This document shows, piece by piece, positions 49,212 to 61,264 of a stretch of DNA of 64,000 bases. The DNA is from Centroscyllium fabricii (Eukaryota). The stretch spans positions 98,518,001 to 98,582,000 of the forward strand of contig JBNRSN020000007.1 in the NCBI GenBank assembly GCA_051313645.2, written 5' to 3'. The notes below the pieces were generated by a model. That model was not told where the DNA came from and searched no databases. It worked only from the letters and a program-made list of their open reading frames with translations. The translations under genes were made by a program, and so were the position numbers. Within the stretch, counting starts at the first letter, position 1; every line of letters starts with the position of its first letter.

Positions 49212-50591
49212 TGTGGTAATATTGAACAGACTTCTGGGGGAAGACTAAGGGGTGAACTCTGTAAATGTCACTTCCTGTTTCCTGTTACTATAAATACTGT
49301 GTCATAGATGGTATTCTCCTTTAAGGATTCCATCTTTAAATTCTATGTCTGTTCTCTGTTTAATTGATAATACCTCGTTTACGAGTGCAATACACCTTTA
49401 TTGTACCTCGTTTACTAGGACATTACCTGATTGGACGGTCCTGATCAATCAATTTAGCTTGAGCTGTATATAAGCTTTGGGTTGGCAACAGGAGATTGCC
49501 GGATCGTTAAATCACTAAATCTACTACTAGGAAACAGATGGTGTGTCCTAGCTCTGAGGAGGCGGTCGTGTAGTGGGGTGAACCTGCTTGTAGATGAAAT
49601 GGATTCTCCTGCTGAAGGCTCTGTTGGAGTTAGTCTCCTCGGTGGAGCGGACCCTGGAGAATTCCTGTTTCTGCATTCTGGACATTGCTCTCTATCACCT
49701 GAACTCAGGTTTGGACATTAATTCTGTTATTATAAATCTCTCTGATGAAGTAGTCGTTGTAAAGGGTTCTACTCACAGAAGAAAATCTTGTTCCAGTTCC
49801 TAAAACTCTCTGATGAAGTAGTCATTGTAAAGGGTTCTACTCACAGAGGAAGATCTTGTTCCAGTTCCTAACTCTCATGCAATAGTCGTTATAAAGGGTT
49901 CTACTCCCAGAAGAGAATCTTGTTCCAGTTCCTAAAACTCTCTGATGAAGTAGTCGTTGTAAAGGGTTCTACTCACAGAAGAAAATCTTGTTCCAGTTCC
50001 TAAAACTCTCTGATAAAGTAGTCGTTGTAAAGGGTTCTACTCACAGAGGAAGATCTTGTTCCAGTTCCTAAAACTCTCTGATGAAGTAGTCGTTGTAAAG
50101 GGTTCTACTCACAGAAGAAAATCTTGTTCCAGTTCCTAAAACTCTCTGATGAAGTAGTCGTTGTAAAGGGTTCTACTCACAGAGGAAGATCTTGTTCCAG
50201 TTCCTAACTCTCATGCAATAGTCGTTGTAAAGGGTTCTACTCCCAGAAGAGAATCTTGTTCCAGTTCCTAACCTCCTTGATGCTCTTCGCTGAGTGTCCT
50301 GGGGGCCCGAAGCGTATTATGAATGTCATTGATCTCTGTAATGTAATGTAATAATTGACTTTGTGTATATATTGTTTGGTTACTACTTAGAATTAAAGGA
50401 ATCTTAGTTCTAGACTGTTGTCCAGTGTCTTGCATTTGGGCCCCACCACCAAACCGTTACATACTGGAACTGCTTAGTATGGGGAGAAAGCTTCACCTGG
50501 AAGCATGGTAAAACCCTTCTTTGTACATAGTGATAATGTAGTGGTTTAAAGCTTTGCTTTAAGTTATTGATGTATCAGACTCAATTATTAC
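49212..50591 (+). mobile_element. LTR-like insertion (boundaries uncertain) containing a tandem array
   Basis: Interrupts Harbinger sequence; ETS (ACTTCCTG), reverse CCAAT, TATATAA ~49467, ATTAAA ~50392; candidate ends GTTACA 50461 or ATTACA 50591; no TSD found. Confidence 0.45.
49738..50271 (+). repeat. Eight tandem 66-68 bp units in order A-B-C-A-B-A-B-C
   Basis: Unit starts 49738, 49806, 49872, 49938, 50006, 50074, 50142, 50208; core GTCGTTGTAAAGGGTTCTACTC...ATCTTGTTCCAGTTCCTAA. Confidence 0.95.
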
Positions 50592-50594
50592 ATC

Positions 50595-51941
50595 AGTGCC
50601 TTTGCCTACTCTAGTGCTCCTATGAAGTGTTGGCCCAGTGACTGCAGCTCGGCTGGTGGAAGGCTGCTGAGTGTCTGACCAGCTCTGGGCCTGGAAGGCC
50701 TGGCTGTAAACTGCACCACCTCCGCATGGGTGGCAGCAGTCTGGGCTGGCTGGATGAAAAGCAGTGACAAGGGCAATGGTGGAGGGACAGTGGTGGGAGC
50801 AGGAATGCTGTCATCCTGAGAGAGGACAGCAGCTTCCTGCTCCACTGACCCACTGCCACTCCCCGGGGCAGCACCTCAGCATCCTAAGCAATATGTTGGA
50901 GCACAGATTGCTGGCCTGCTGAGACACCATGAAATGCCTGGTCGATGGTATCTGAAAGCCTAAAGACACAAGAGTCAGGTTAAGGTGCGGGTAGGGGGTT
51001 AGGAAGGGAGCAATGCATGCAGACAGCATGATTAGCTGGAAAGTGCAAAAGGCCTTTGAGGTGAGGGGGAAGTGGGATGTGAGAAGAAGGAGTAGGGATG
51101 AACATACCATTGTTGTCCCCAAGGGGGTCAAGGTCGCTGGTGGCCATGGCGCCCACCAGCTGGCACCCAATAATCTCCAGCACTATTATCCAGTTCAGAC
51201 AGTGGTTGGGTGTCAGCTTCTCCCCCGCCTGTACGCTCCTGCTCCCTCCTGTTGTGAGCTACCTTGGCCTGCAAGAGAAAGGAAATTGTGTGAGTAAGTG
51301 TGGAGCAATGGGCTGGTACTTTGGGCAGTGTGTGCAGACGGTAGCATTTGTTGAGGCATTGACCCACCCTGACCACCCGAGTTTCTTCCTGCACTGTCAC
51401 TGTGTATGGGTGCTGGGGACCACAGTGCTGCACAAGACCTGATGGGCAACATCCCTTCACATGGCATGGAAGATTCATGGTGAGGGTCTCTTGCCTGGCA
51501 GAGCACCGCCCTCCGTCTCTCGACAGCGAACACCAACTGCTCCATTGCTTGGTCCAAAAATCTGCGGGCTCTCTACCAGGGGTGTGGATCTGCCATCATG
51601 AAACTAGCTCCTTGGGCTTGGCCTGCTCTTGCTTGCTGACACAGGTACACGGCCAGCAATACTGAGAATGAGGTTCTGCAGCATCAATGAACCTCCCCTT
51701 TAAGAACTGGAAAGAGCCTGTGGCACTGATGACTTGCGATTAGACTGCACCTGATATTGGTTAGCACTTTGAGTGTAACGCCACTGAGCTAGGCCATTTG
51801 CGCTTGATTTAGCACTCCCATCCTTTCTTTGAGCAATGACAAGTAATTTTGTGTGCAGCGAGATTTATTAGTGCCTGGCGCTAAATCTCAAGCTTTTCTA
51901 AAGTTAGCGCCCATTCCTGGGCAATAATGAATTTCTCGCCC
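50595..51941 (-). mobile_element. Harbinger Myb gene relic with TIR
   Basis: MEQLVFAVERRRAVL, AKVAHNRREQERTGGG; end GAATTTCTCGCCC. Confidence 0.65.
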
Positions 51942-52109
51942 ATAGTCTTCTGCCCGCCCCCCGCCCCGCCACAAACTCCGTTCCCTTGCTACCGATCCCA
52001 TCCTTCTCCCTGGCCACTGTCTCAGTCTGAACCAAACTATTCACAACCTCAGCATCTTATTTGACCCTGAGCTGAATTTCCGACTACATATCCTGTACAT
52101 CACAAAGAC

Positions 52110-53552
52110 ACTGGAACAGTACCCATGGATTGGAGGGCAGCTAATGTTACCCCACTATTCAAAAAAAGGTGGTAGAGAGAAAACGGGGCATTACAGACAG
52201 GTAAGCCTGACATCTGTAGTGGGGAAAATGCTAGAGTCCATTATAAAAGATGTAATAGCACAGCACTTGGAAAACAGTGACCGGATTGGGCAAAGTCAAC
52301 ATGGATTTACAAAAGGTAAATAGTGCTTGACTAATTTATTGGAATTTTTTGAGGATGCAACTTGTAAAATAGATAAGGGAGAACCAGTAGATGTGGTGTA
52401 TTTGGACTTTCAAAAGGCGTTCGATAAGGTCCCGCATAAGAGATTAGCATGTAAAGTTAAGGTACATGGGATTGGGACCAAGGTATTGACTTGGATAGAG
52501 AACTGGTTGGCAGACAGAAAGCAAAGAGTTGGAATAAAAGGGTCTTTTTCCGAGTGGCAGGCAGTGACTACTGGGGTACCGCAGGGATCGGACCTAGGAC
52601 CCCAGCTATTCACAATATATATTAATGATCTAGACGAGGGAACTAGATGTATTATCTCCAAGTTTGAAGACGACACAATGCTGGGTGAGCATGTGTGCTG
52701 TGAGGAGGATGCCGAGAAACTACAGTATGATTTGGACAGGTTGGGTAATATGGCGGATGCAATATAACGTGGATAAGTGCGAGGTTATCCACTTTAGTGT
52801 CAAAAACAGGAAGGCAGTAGACTTGGAGAAGGGGAAGTGCAACGAGACCTGGATGTCCTTGTGCACCAGTCGCTGAAGGTAAGCATGCAGGTGCAGCAGG
52901 CGGTTAAGAAGGCAAATGGTATGTTTGCCTTCGTAGCGAGAGGGTTTGAGCAAAGGGACAAGGATGTCTTGCTGCAGCTGTACAGGGCCTTGGTGAGACC
53001 ACACATTGAGTATCGTGTGCAGTTTTTGTCGGCTTATCTGAGGAAGGATGTTCTTGCCATGGAGGGAGTGCAGCAAAGATTCACCAGACTGATACCTGGG
53101 ATGGCAGGAATGATGTATGAGGAGAGATTGGGGCGATTGTGCTAATTCTCGCTGGAGTTTAGAAGAATGAGAGGGGATCTCATTGAAACCTATAAAATTC
53201 TGAAAGGTCTAGACAGACTAGATGCAGGAAGGATGTTCCCGATGGTCGGGGAGCCCTGAACCAGGGGTCACAGTCTAAGGATAAGGGGTAAGCCATTTAG
53301 GACAGAGATGAGGAGGAATTTCTTCACCCAGAGAGTGGTGAACCTGTGGAATTCTCTACCACAGAAGGCCGTCGAGGCCAATTCATTAAATATATTCAAG
53401 AAGGAGTTAGATATATTTCTTGAGGCTAAAGGGATCAAGGGATATGGAGAGAAGGCAGGAACAGGGTACTGAATTTGGATGATCAGCCATGATTTCATTG
53501 AATGACAGAGCAGGCTCGAGGGGCCGAATGGCCTACACCTTCTATGTTTCTA
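52110..53552 (+). mobile_element. CR1 LINE 3' portion (RT)
   Basis: YLDFQKAFDKVPH, GVPQGS, KFEDDT, LYRALVRPH; CR1 tail. Confidence 0.9.
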
Positions 53553-55584
53553 TTTAAGATCGCCTACTTCCACCAATGTAACATCCCCCATCTCCACCCC
53601 TACCTCAGTTTATATGTTGCTGAAACCCGTATCCATGCTTTTGTTACCTCTAGAATCGACAATTCCAGTGCTCTCCTAGCCAGCCAGCTATCTTCCACCC
53701 TCTATAAGCTTCAGCTCATCCAAAACTCTGCTGCCCATGCCCAAATATGCACCAAGTCCCATTCGCCTATCACACCTGAGCTCGCTGACCTACCTTGGCT
53801 CCCAGTCCACCAACATCTCCACCTTAAATTTCTCATCCTTATGTTCAAATCCCTCCATGGCCTCACCCCTCCCTGTCTCTAACCTTCTCCAGCTCCACAA
53901 CCTTTCAAGAACAGTGCGTTCCTCCAACTCTGGCCTTTTGTGCAATTCCACTCCCTTTGCCCCAGCATTGGCAGCCGTGCCATCAGCTGTTGACGTATCG
54001 TCAATGAATAAACAAAGACGAGTAGTTACCTAAACTACAGGCTTTTATTAACTAAGAATGGAGCTGGTCTCCTGATGAGGTCAAGGTGAAGAATGAATGG
54101 GGGCAGGTCTGCACTCACCTATATACTCCGACCTCAGGGGAGGAGTTAGGGGTGTGGCTGACCTGGCCTACAATATTATACAGGTAGACCAGCAACTATG
54201 TACAGTGGTTATACACGGTTACCACATTCACCCCTTCTTTAAAAACAAGTCCGGCGGGGTGAACATGCCTTTGGGTGGGAACAAAAAGAGATATATACAC
54301 AGAGTCCTTTCACATTTTGTTGTCAGTCCCTCCGGCGGTCGCGTCTGCCTGAGGGACCGCCGGGGTGCCGGCGATGGTGGTACCGGTTGCAGGGCCGGGG
54401 TCGTGCTCTCCGCCAACGGTGCTAGCGGTGCGGCGTCCGATCCCGGGTCGTTGGTCGGTGGTGATGAGGGCCCTGGTGTGTGTATATATGGGGGCCAGTA
54501 GTCGGTGGGTGGTGGCTGGTCGAACTGAGGCTCGACCGGGGGTTCTGCCATTGTGCTCCCAGTAGGCGCCAGATCCCTGATCGAGACCGTATCCTCGCGC
54601 CCGTCCGGGAATGCCACGTAAGCATATTGCGTGTTGGCGTGGAGCAGGTGCACCTGTTCCACCAGGGGGTCGGTCTTGTGGCTGCCGACGTGCTTTCTAA
54701 GCAATACTGGCCCTTGCGCTGTCAGCCACAGCGGGAGTGCTGTCCCCGAAGTCGACTTCCTAGGAAAGGAAAACAACAGGTCATGAGGTGTGGCATTAAT
54801 GGCGGTACACAACAGAGAGCAGATGGAATGGAGCGCGTCTGGGAGGACCTCCTGCCAACAGGAGACTGGAAGGCCTCTGGACTTCAGGCCCAGGTTGACC
54901 GCCTTCCAGATGGTCCCGTTCTCCCTTTCTACCTGGGCGTTCCCCCGAGGGTTGTAACTGGTCGTTCTGCTTGAGGCAACCCCTTTCTGAAGCAGGAACT
55001 GATGCAGTTCGTCGCTCATGAACGACGACCCCCGGTCGCTATGGATGTAGCTGGGGAGACCGAAAATGGCGAACAGCATGGTGAAGTGTTTGATATCCAT
55101 TGCGCTCGTCATGTCTGGGCAGGGGAAGGCAAAGGGGAAGCGTGAGAACTCGTCTATGACCGTCAGGAAATACGAGTTGCGGTCAGTGGAGGGGAGGGGG
55201 CCTTTGAAGTCCACGCTCAGGCGTTCAAAGGGGCGGGTGGCCTTGATGACGTGCGCCCTGTCTGGCCTGTAGAACTGGGGTTTGCACTCAGCACAGACAG
55301 GGCACTCTTTGGTCATAGCCTTAATCTCCGTGATGGAGTAGGGGACGCTACGGGATTTGACGAAGTGGGCGAGTCTGCAGTGCGTAGCGCCGCACTGTGT
55401 CGGGGTGTATAAAGCTCTCTGTGCTACCGGTGTCGAACAGGCAGTTAGTGGCGTGCCCGTCCACCTTTATCCCCATCATGGAGTTGGACAAGGTGTGCGG
55501 CCTAGCCTGATCGACAGTGACTGAGGCCAAAGTGTATGTGTGTGTGTGGGGGCCCTCCGCTAGCTGGGGCCCCGGCCGGGGCGG

Positions 55585-55930
55585 TTGGCAAGATGGCCAC
55601 TCGGAAGATGGCGGTGCTGGCGATTCCCACGTGTCCGGCTGCTGTGGACAAGATGGCGCCGCCCATGGTTCACACGCGGCCGACCGCTGTGGGCAAGATG
55701 GCGGCGCCTGTGGTTCGCACGCGGCTGGCCGCTGTGGACAAGTTGGCGGCGCCCGTGGTTCGCATGCGGCCGACTGCTGTGGATAAGATGGCGGCGTCCG
55801 TGGTTCACACGCAGCCGATCGCTGTGGACAAGATGGCAGCGCCCGTGGTTCACACGCGGCTGACCACTGTGGGCAAGATGGCGGCGCCGGGGGTCGCACA
55901 TGACCGGTCGCGGTCGCGTTTGGGATGGCA
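55585..55930 (-). repeat. 45-bp coding tandem repeat (AACEPRAPPSCPQRS) in the gag tail
   Basis: CAAGATGGCG-type motif recurs at 55649, 55694, 55739, 55784, 55829, 55874. Confidence 0.9.
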
Positions 55931-56699
55931 GCGCCTGTGCCGTGCGCGCGGCCGGCCTCCACCGTATAGTTAAAGGGGATGGAGGCGCCCGCGATTTACC
56001 CCCGGCTGACCGCTGCTGGGTCGCGCTGCAACACCGTACCTGTAGCCACGGAGTGGCGTCGTTGTTCTCACAGGCCGCGCTGTTGGGTCTGGAGGTGGAG
56101 GCCGGGCTGGATTTGCACGCCTTAGCATAGTGTCCCTTCTTCGCGCACCGCGCGCAGATCGCATTCTTTGCGGGGCACTGCGCCCGCGGGTGCTTTCCTT
56201 GGCCGCAGAAGTAGCATCTGGGCCCCTTCGCAGTCGCCGCTGCCATCGTGGAGGCCTCAGCCCGTCTCGGTGTCGCCCAGGGGTCAGGGGTACCCGCGTG
56301 GGAGTCGTGGTCCCTGTACGCGTCCATCTTCCGAAACGCTCCATCCACCGCATTAGAAAGTGTTATCGCGGACTCGAGCGACAGTGTCTCCTGCTCCAGC
56401 AGCCGCTGGCGAGCCTGGCTGGATCTGAGTCCTGCCACATAGGCATCGCGGATTAGGAGGTTCGCCTCTTCCTCTGCTGTCCTTGCCTTGCAGTGGCAGG
56501 CCCGTGCAAGGGCTTGGAGCGCTAGCAGAAATTGTTCATTGGACTCACCGAGTCGTTGCCTTCTGGTCGCCAGAACATGCCTGGCATAGACCGAGTGGGC
56601 CGGGCGCATGTAGCTGTCCTTCAATTTCTTGACCGCTTCCTCGTAAGTCTTGAGGCCGCGGATAAAGGAGTACACCCGGCCGCTGATCCGTGATGAGAG

Positions 56700-59600
56700 T
56701 GTAGGAGTCAACGGACTACCTACTCGCTTTTGGAAGTAAAAAGACGTGAGATGCAGAGCACTGTTACAACACGTCTTTATTACATCGCTAGGAAGTTCAA
56801 ACTGAAAGACAAAACCCGCGAATCTGCAAAGCACTCTGAGGCGCCTGGGTCGGGCTGAGTGGCGGTTGCTTAAGCCACTGAGGGACCGAGGCTGGCAAAC
56901 CGGTTGTCCAATGGGACTGCGGGAGCAGGACCGGCAGTTGCATGGGGATTATGCCTGAGAGGGGGAGCCCCAGTGGCTTCCCTGGGTAGTGCCGCTACAC
57001 ACGCCCCCCCAGAATCCCCATGCACATGGAAGGTCAGCCTGCGGGAAGGTTTGAGCAGGCGACCAGAGCGCGTGTGGTAGCCTGCGGGCGTGTCTCGGAC
57101 AGGGGCGGGATCTGGCCGGGGTGTGGCCGTGGCGGCTGGGGCCAGCGTGGCCGCCGGGGGCGGTGAGGGAGGGGGGACAAAAATGGCTGGAGGGGGCGGG
57201 GGTTGGACGGGCGTGGGCTCGTCGGCGGGGACGATCAGCCCCGCGTGGGGGGCCGGGGGACCCGGGTCGGACAAGGCGGGGTCCACGTGAGCCGCCTTCA
57301 GCCTGTCGATGGACACCAGGTCCTTTCTCCCGCCGACTGCGAGGAGGAAGGCTTTGTCCCCGGGCTCCAGGACGCGGAAGGCACCTGTGTAGGGTGCCTG
57401 GAGGGGCGTCCGGTGGGCGTCCCGGCGCACGAAGACGAAATGGGCCTGGCGCAGCTCAGCGGGCACATGGGTTGACCGGGGCCCGTGGGACAACGTGGGT
57501 GCGGGAAGGAGGCGGTGGGCTGGGTCATTGTTGCGGGCCAGCTGTTCGGCCACCAACCAGCCCTCGGTAGTGGAGGGGAGAAATTCCCCGGCGATGCGGA
57601 GGGGTTGGCCCAGGACTAACTCGGCCGAGGAGGGGCTGAGGTCTTCCTTGGGGGCCGATCGCAGCCCGAGCAGGACCCAGGGGAGTCTGTCGAGCCAGTT
57701 GGCGTCGGCCAAGCTGGCGCGGAGGGAGGCCTTGAAGGCGCGGTGGAAACGCTCGCACAAGCCGTTGGCCTGGACATGGTAGGCCGTTGTGCGGTGCAGG
57801 GTGGTCCCGAGGCCGGCGGCGATTGCGCCCCAGAGCTGTGAAGTGAACTGGGGGCCTCTGTCGGAGGTGATGTCCGACGGGACGCCGAAATGGGCCACCC
57901 AGGCAGAGATGAAGGCACGGGCCACATCCGCCGCGGTGGTGGAGGACAGGGGAATGACCTCGGGCCACCTGGTGGTGCGGTCCACCACCATGAGGAGGTG
58001 TGTGTAGCCCTGTGAGAGGGGGAGGGGGCCGACCAAATCCACGTGGCCATGGTCGAATCGGCGTTCGGGGACTGGGAAGTGTTGGAGGGGGGCCTTGGTG
58101 TGGAGGTGCACCTTGGCGCGTTGGCAGTCGGGGCAGGTGTTGGTCCAATCCCGCACGTCCTTGTGCAGGCCGGGCCAAACGAACGTGGTGGACATGAGCT
58201 TCTGGGAAGCTCGCATGCTCGGGTGGGAGAGGCCGTGGACGAGGTCGAAAAGTCACCTGCGCCACGAGGCGGGGACCTGGGGCCTGGGCTGGGGCACGGA
58301 GGTGTCGCATAGCAACGTAGTACCGGCCGCGTGGAAGTGGACGTCGGCCAGGGTCATGCCCGTGGCTGCGGAGCGGAGGGCCTGGAGTTCGGGGTCTGCC
58401 CCTGGGCCTGCGCCATATCGGCGTAGTCGACTCCGACCTGTACCGCGTGGAGGGAAAGTCGGGAAAGGCAGTCGGCGACGATGTTGTTTTTCCTGGACAC
58501 GTGGCGGATGTCGGTCGTGAACTCCGAAATGAAGTTCAGGTGGCGCTGTTGGCGCCCCGACCAGGGTTCGGTGACTTTGGCCATGGCGAAGGTAAGTGGT
58601 TTGTGGTCCACATAGGCCGTAACGAAGTCCCATGTGAAGCGCTGCCCCCCGACGCAGATCTCCGCCCGGCGCTTACCAAACATGGTAATGGCGGCGCCGT
58701 TGACTGCCACGAGGGGTGGGCCTGTGGGGCCGGCTTGGCGATCGAGGTGTGTGGCTGGCAGGATGCTGCACTGGGCGGCAGTATCGCAGAGGAATCGGCG
58801 CCCCGAAAGGGAGTCCGTTACGAACAGCAGCTTCCCTGCTGAACCGACGGCGTTGGCAGCGGCTGGGCCCTGTCGGCGGCGTGATGCTGCAGCGGCCTGC
58901 GTGGGCGCGAACGAGCATGGCGGCCTGCAGCGCTGGGCCTGGGGACCGAACCGTGCGTGGTAATAACACAGGCCTGCCTGCAGTTGTGGCGTGGGCCTGC
59001 GCGTGGGAGGAGAGAGCTGTGTGGCTGCACAGTCTGCGGTCCCACAGAGCTGGATGCGGTCTGCCGCAACCGCCAGGTCAGCGTAGGAGAGGCCCTCCGA
59101 GTTTGCCAGGGCCGTTTGAATTGACTGCGGAAGCAGGCTGATGAATAAGGCATGAAACAAGGGGCAGTCTCTGTGGTCGCCGAGGAGGGCCACCATCCGG
59201 TTCATGAGGCGTGTGGGGGTAGAGTCCCCGAGCCCCGGCTGATCGAGGAGCCGCTGGGCCCGCACGTCCTCGGGCAGGTCGTGGGCCTGGAGCAGGCGTG
59301 CTTTGAGGGCCCTGTACCTGTTGGCCTGCGATCCACATTGTCCGTTGCTACATGGCTGGGCAGCGCGGCCACAACGAGGAGGTAGCAATCGGCATCGCTG
59401 CTGAGGCATCTGAGTTCGAATTGGGCCTCTGCCTGGAGGAACCATGCGGCTGCCTGGTGTTCCCAGAAAGCGGGGAGGCTGACGATGCAGGGTCGGTCGG
59501 CAGCCGGCGTTAGGGTGGCCGCGATTTCGGCGGACGGCGTCGGGTTGGCCACGGGCTGCGTGTTCGAGGAGCCGACATCAAGGGCCACCAATTGTAGGAG

Positions 59601-59888
59601 TCAACGGACTACTCACTTTTGGAAGTAAAAAGACGCGAGGTGCAGAGAACTGGTAAAACACGTCTTTATTATATTGCTCGGAAGTTCAAACTGAAAGACA
59701 AAACCCGCGAATCCGCAAAGCACTCTGGGGCGCCTGGGTCAGTCTGAGTGGCGGTTGCTTAAGCCACTGAGGGACCGAGGCTGGCGAACTGGTTGTCCAA
59801 TGGGACTGCGGGGGCGGGACCGGCCGTTGCATAGAGATTATGCCTGAGAGGGGGAGCCCCAGTGGCTTCCCTGGGTAGTGCCACTACA
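56700..59888 (-). mobile_element. CsRn1/Kabuki-clade Gypsy element, RT deleted, nested in the host gag
   Basis: LTRs 56700-56999 and 59593-59888; 4-bp TSD AGAG; PBS TGGTGGCCC (tRNA-Trp-like); gag LPAFW...WFLQAEAQF and CYYHARFGPQAQRC; integrase DLVGP, TSDRG, NGLCER. Confidence 0.92.
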
Positions 59889-60811
59889 AGAGTACCTTGA
59901 GTTTGTCCTCATCACTCATCGCCTTTACGGCCTTCATGTAGGCCTCGACCAGGCCAAACCAGTGTTCAAAATCGTTAGCAGCATCGGGCGCCTGAGGATT
60001 TATATCGAGGCGATCCGGTCTCACTGCGTTGCTCTCCATGTTTTAAAAATTAGTTAATAAAATTGACGTATCAGCAATTAATACACAAAGACGAGTAGTT
60101 ACCAAAACTGCAGGCTTTTATTATCTAAGAATGGAGCTGGTCTCCTGATGAGGTCAAGGTGAAGAATGAATGGGGTCAGGTCTGCACTCACCTATATACT
60201 CCGACCTGAGGGGAGGAGTGAGGGGTGTGGCTGACCTGGCCTACAGTATTATACAGGTAGACCAGCAACTATGTACAGTGGTTATACACGGTTACCACAG
60301 TTGTTTAGGCCCAAAGCTCTGGAATTCCCTCCCTAAACCTCTCCACCTCTCCTCCTTTAGGACACTCCTTAAAATCTATCTCTTTGACCAGGCTTTTAGT
60401 CACCCATCCATTGAAGAAAGGTCATCGACCTGAAACGTTAACTCTGTTCCTCTCTCCACCGATGCTGCCTGGCCTGCTGAGTTTCTCCAGCGTTTTCTGT
60501 TGTTATTTCAGATTTCCAGGATCCACAGTGTATTGCTATCATCCTAATATCTTCTTCTTTGACTTAGTGTCAATTTCTGTCTGGTTACTCACCTGTGAAG
60601 TGCCTTGGGATGTTTTACTACGTTAAGGGTGCTATATAAATGCAAATCGTTGTTGTTATTAGGTTACTGAGCAGAAATTATATTTCCTGTTCAAGAACTA
60701 AAAATTCAAGGGTAGATAGACCCTCACAACACTGGATCCTGATTGGTGGTTTAGCCTATCGTCCCCACAGTACTAAATCCTGACCAATTTGAAAACAAGG
60801 ATGATAATTTT

Positions 60812-61238
60812 AAATATAAAACCCTACACATTCACAAGCTGAAAGACCACAGACAAATATCTCCAAAGGAATCAATTTTTTTTTAACTTTAAACGTGTTT
60901 TTTTCTCTGGAGCAAAAAAAACCCCTAACAGCAGAAAAAGGCAGAAACTTAAAAAAAACAGCTTCCTAGAAACTGAAAAAAAACATTAAAAAGGTGCTTC
61001 CCTACCCGATCTTCTTCATCCTCAGGCTGATTCTGTGCTTTGTGCGGGGGTAAAGCCGACCTCAGTGGGCGTGGCTTGCACCCCGCACCAAAAAAAACAC
61101 GACCCCTCCGAACGAAAAGAAAACGGCTTTTTGCACAGGAAGTTCACGTGACAGAAAAAAAAATATTTACGTGCGCGTGCGCCGCGGGTGCACGTCAGCG
61201 CGCACCCGCAGCAATCGGGCCACAGGAAGACATGGCCC
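60812..61238 (-). mobile_element. Truncated Harbinger MITE family B
   Basis: Reverse-complement homolog of 6393-~6820; TIR CACAGGAAGACATGGCCC|AAT. Confidence 0.85.
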
Positions 61239-61264
61239 AATGCATTGGCGGACCGAGAGCTAAT

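Larger units (their letters stand above)
53991..60299 (-). mobile_element. Ty3/Gypsy element (same lineage as 42907-47048), RT and RNase H deleted, gag split by a nested LTR element
   Basis: 236-bp LTRs 53991-54226 and 60064-60299; TSD GCTGT/GTTGT; PPT AAAGAAGGGGTGAA; gag ATG 60039; LFDTGS; integrase ORF 54228-55316. Confidence 0.95.
52005..60658 (+). mobile_element. L2-type LINE 3' part, split by CR1, Gypsy and Penelope insertions (pieces ~52005-52110, 53557-53990, 60300-60410, 60540-60658)
   Basis: IHAFVTSRIDNSSALL...KLQLIQNSAA...WLPV; KLWNSLP; tail GCTATATAAATGCAAATCGTTGTTG. Confidence 0.75.

Noticed and set aside
49738-50271. CRISPR-like array or tandem hammerhead ribozymes (CTGATGA...GAAA)
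   Set aside because: No unique spacers and no cas genes in a vertebrate context; GAAA does not directly follow the stem, so hammerhead topology fails
57090-59385. Many antisense and alternative-frame ORFs in the nested Gypsy
   Set aside because: Expected from high GC content; no recognisable motifs
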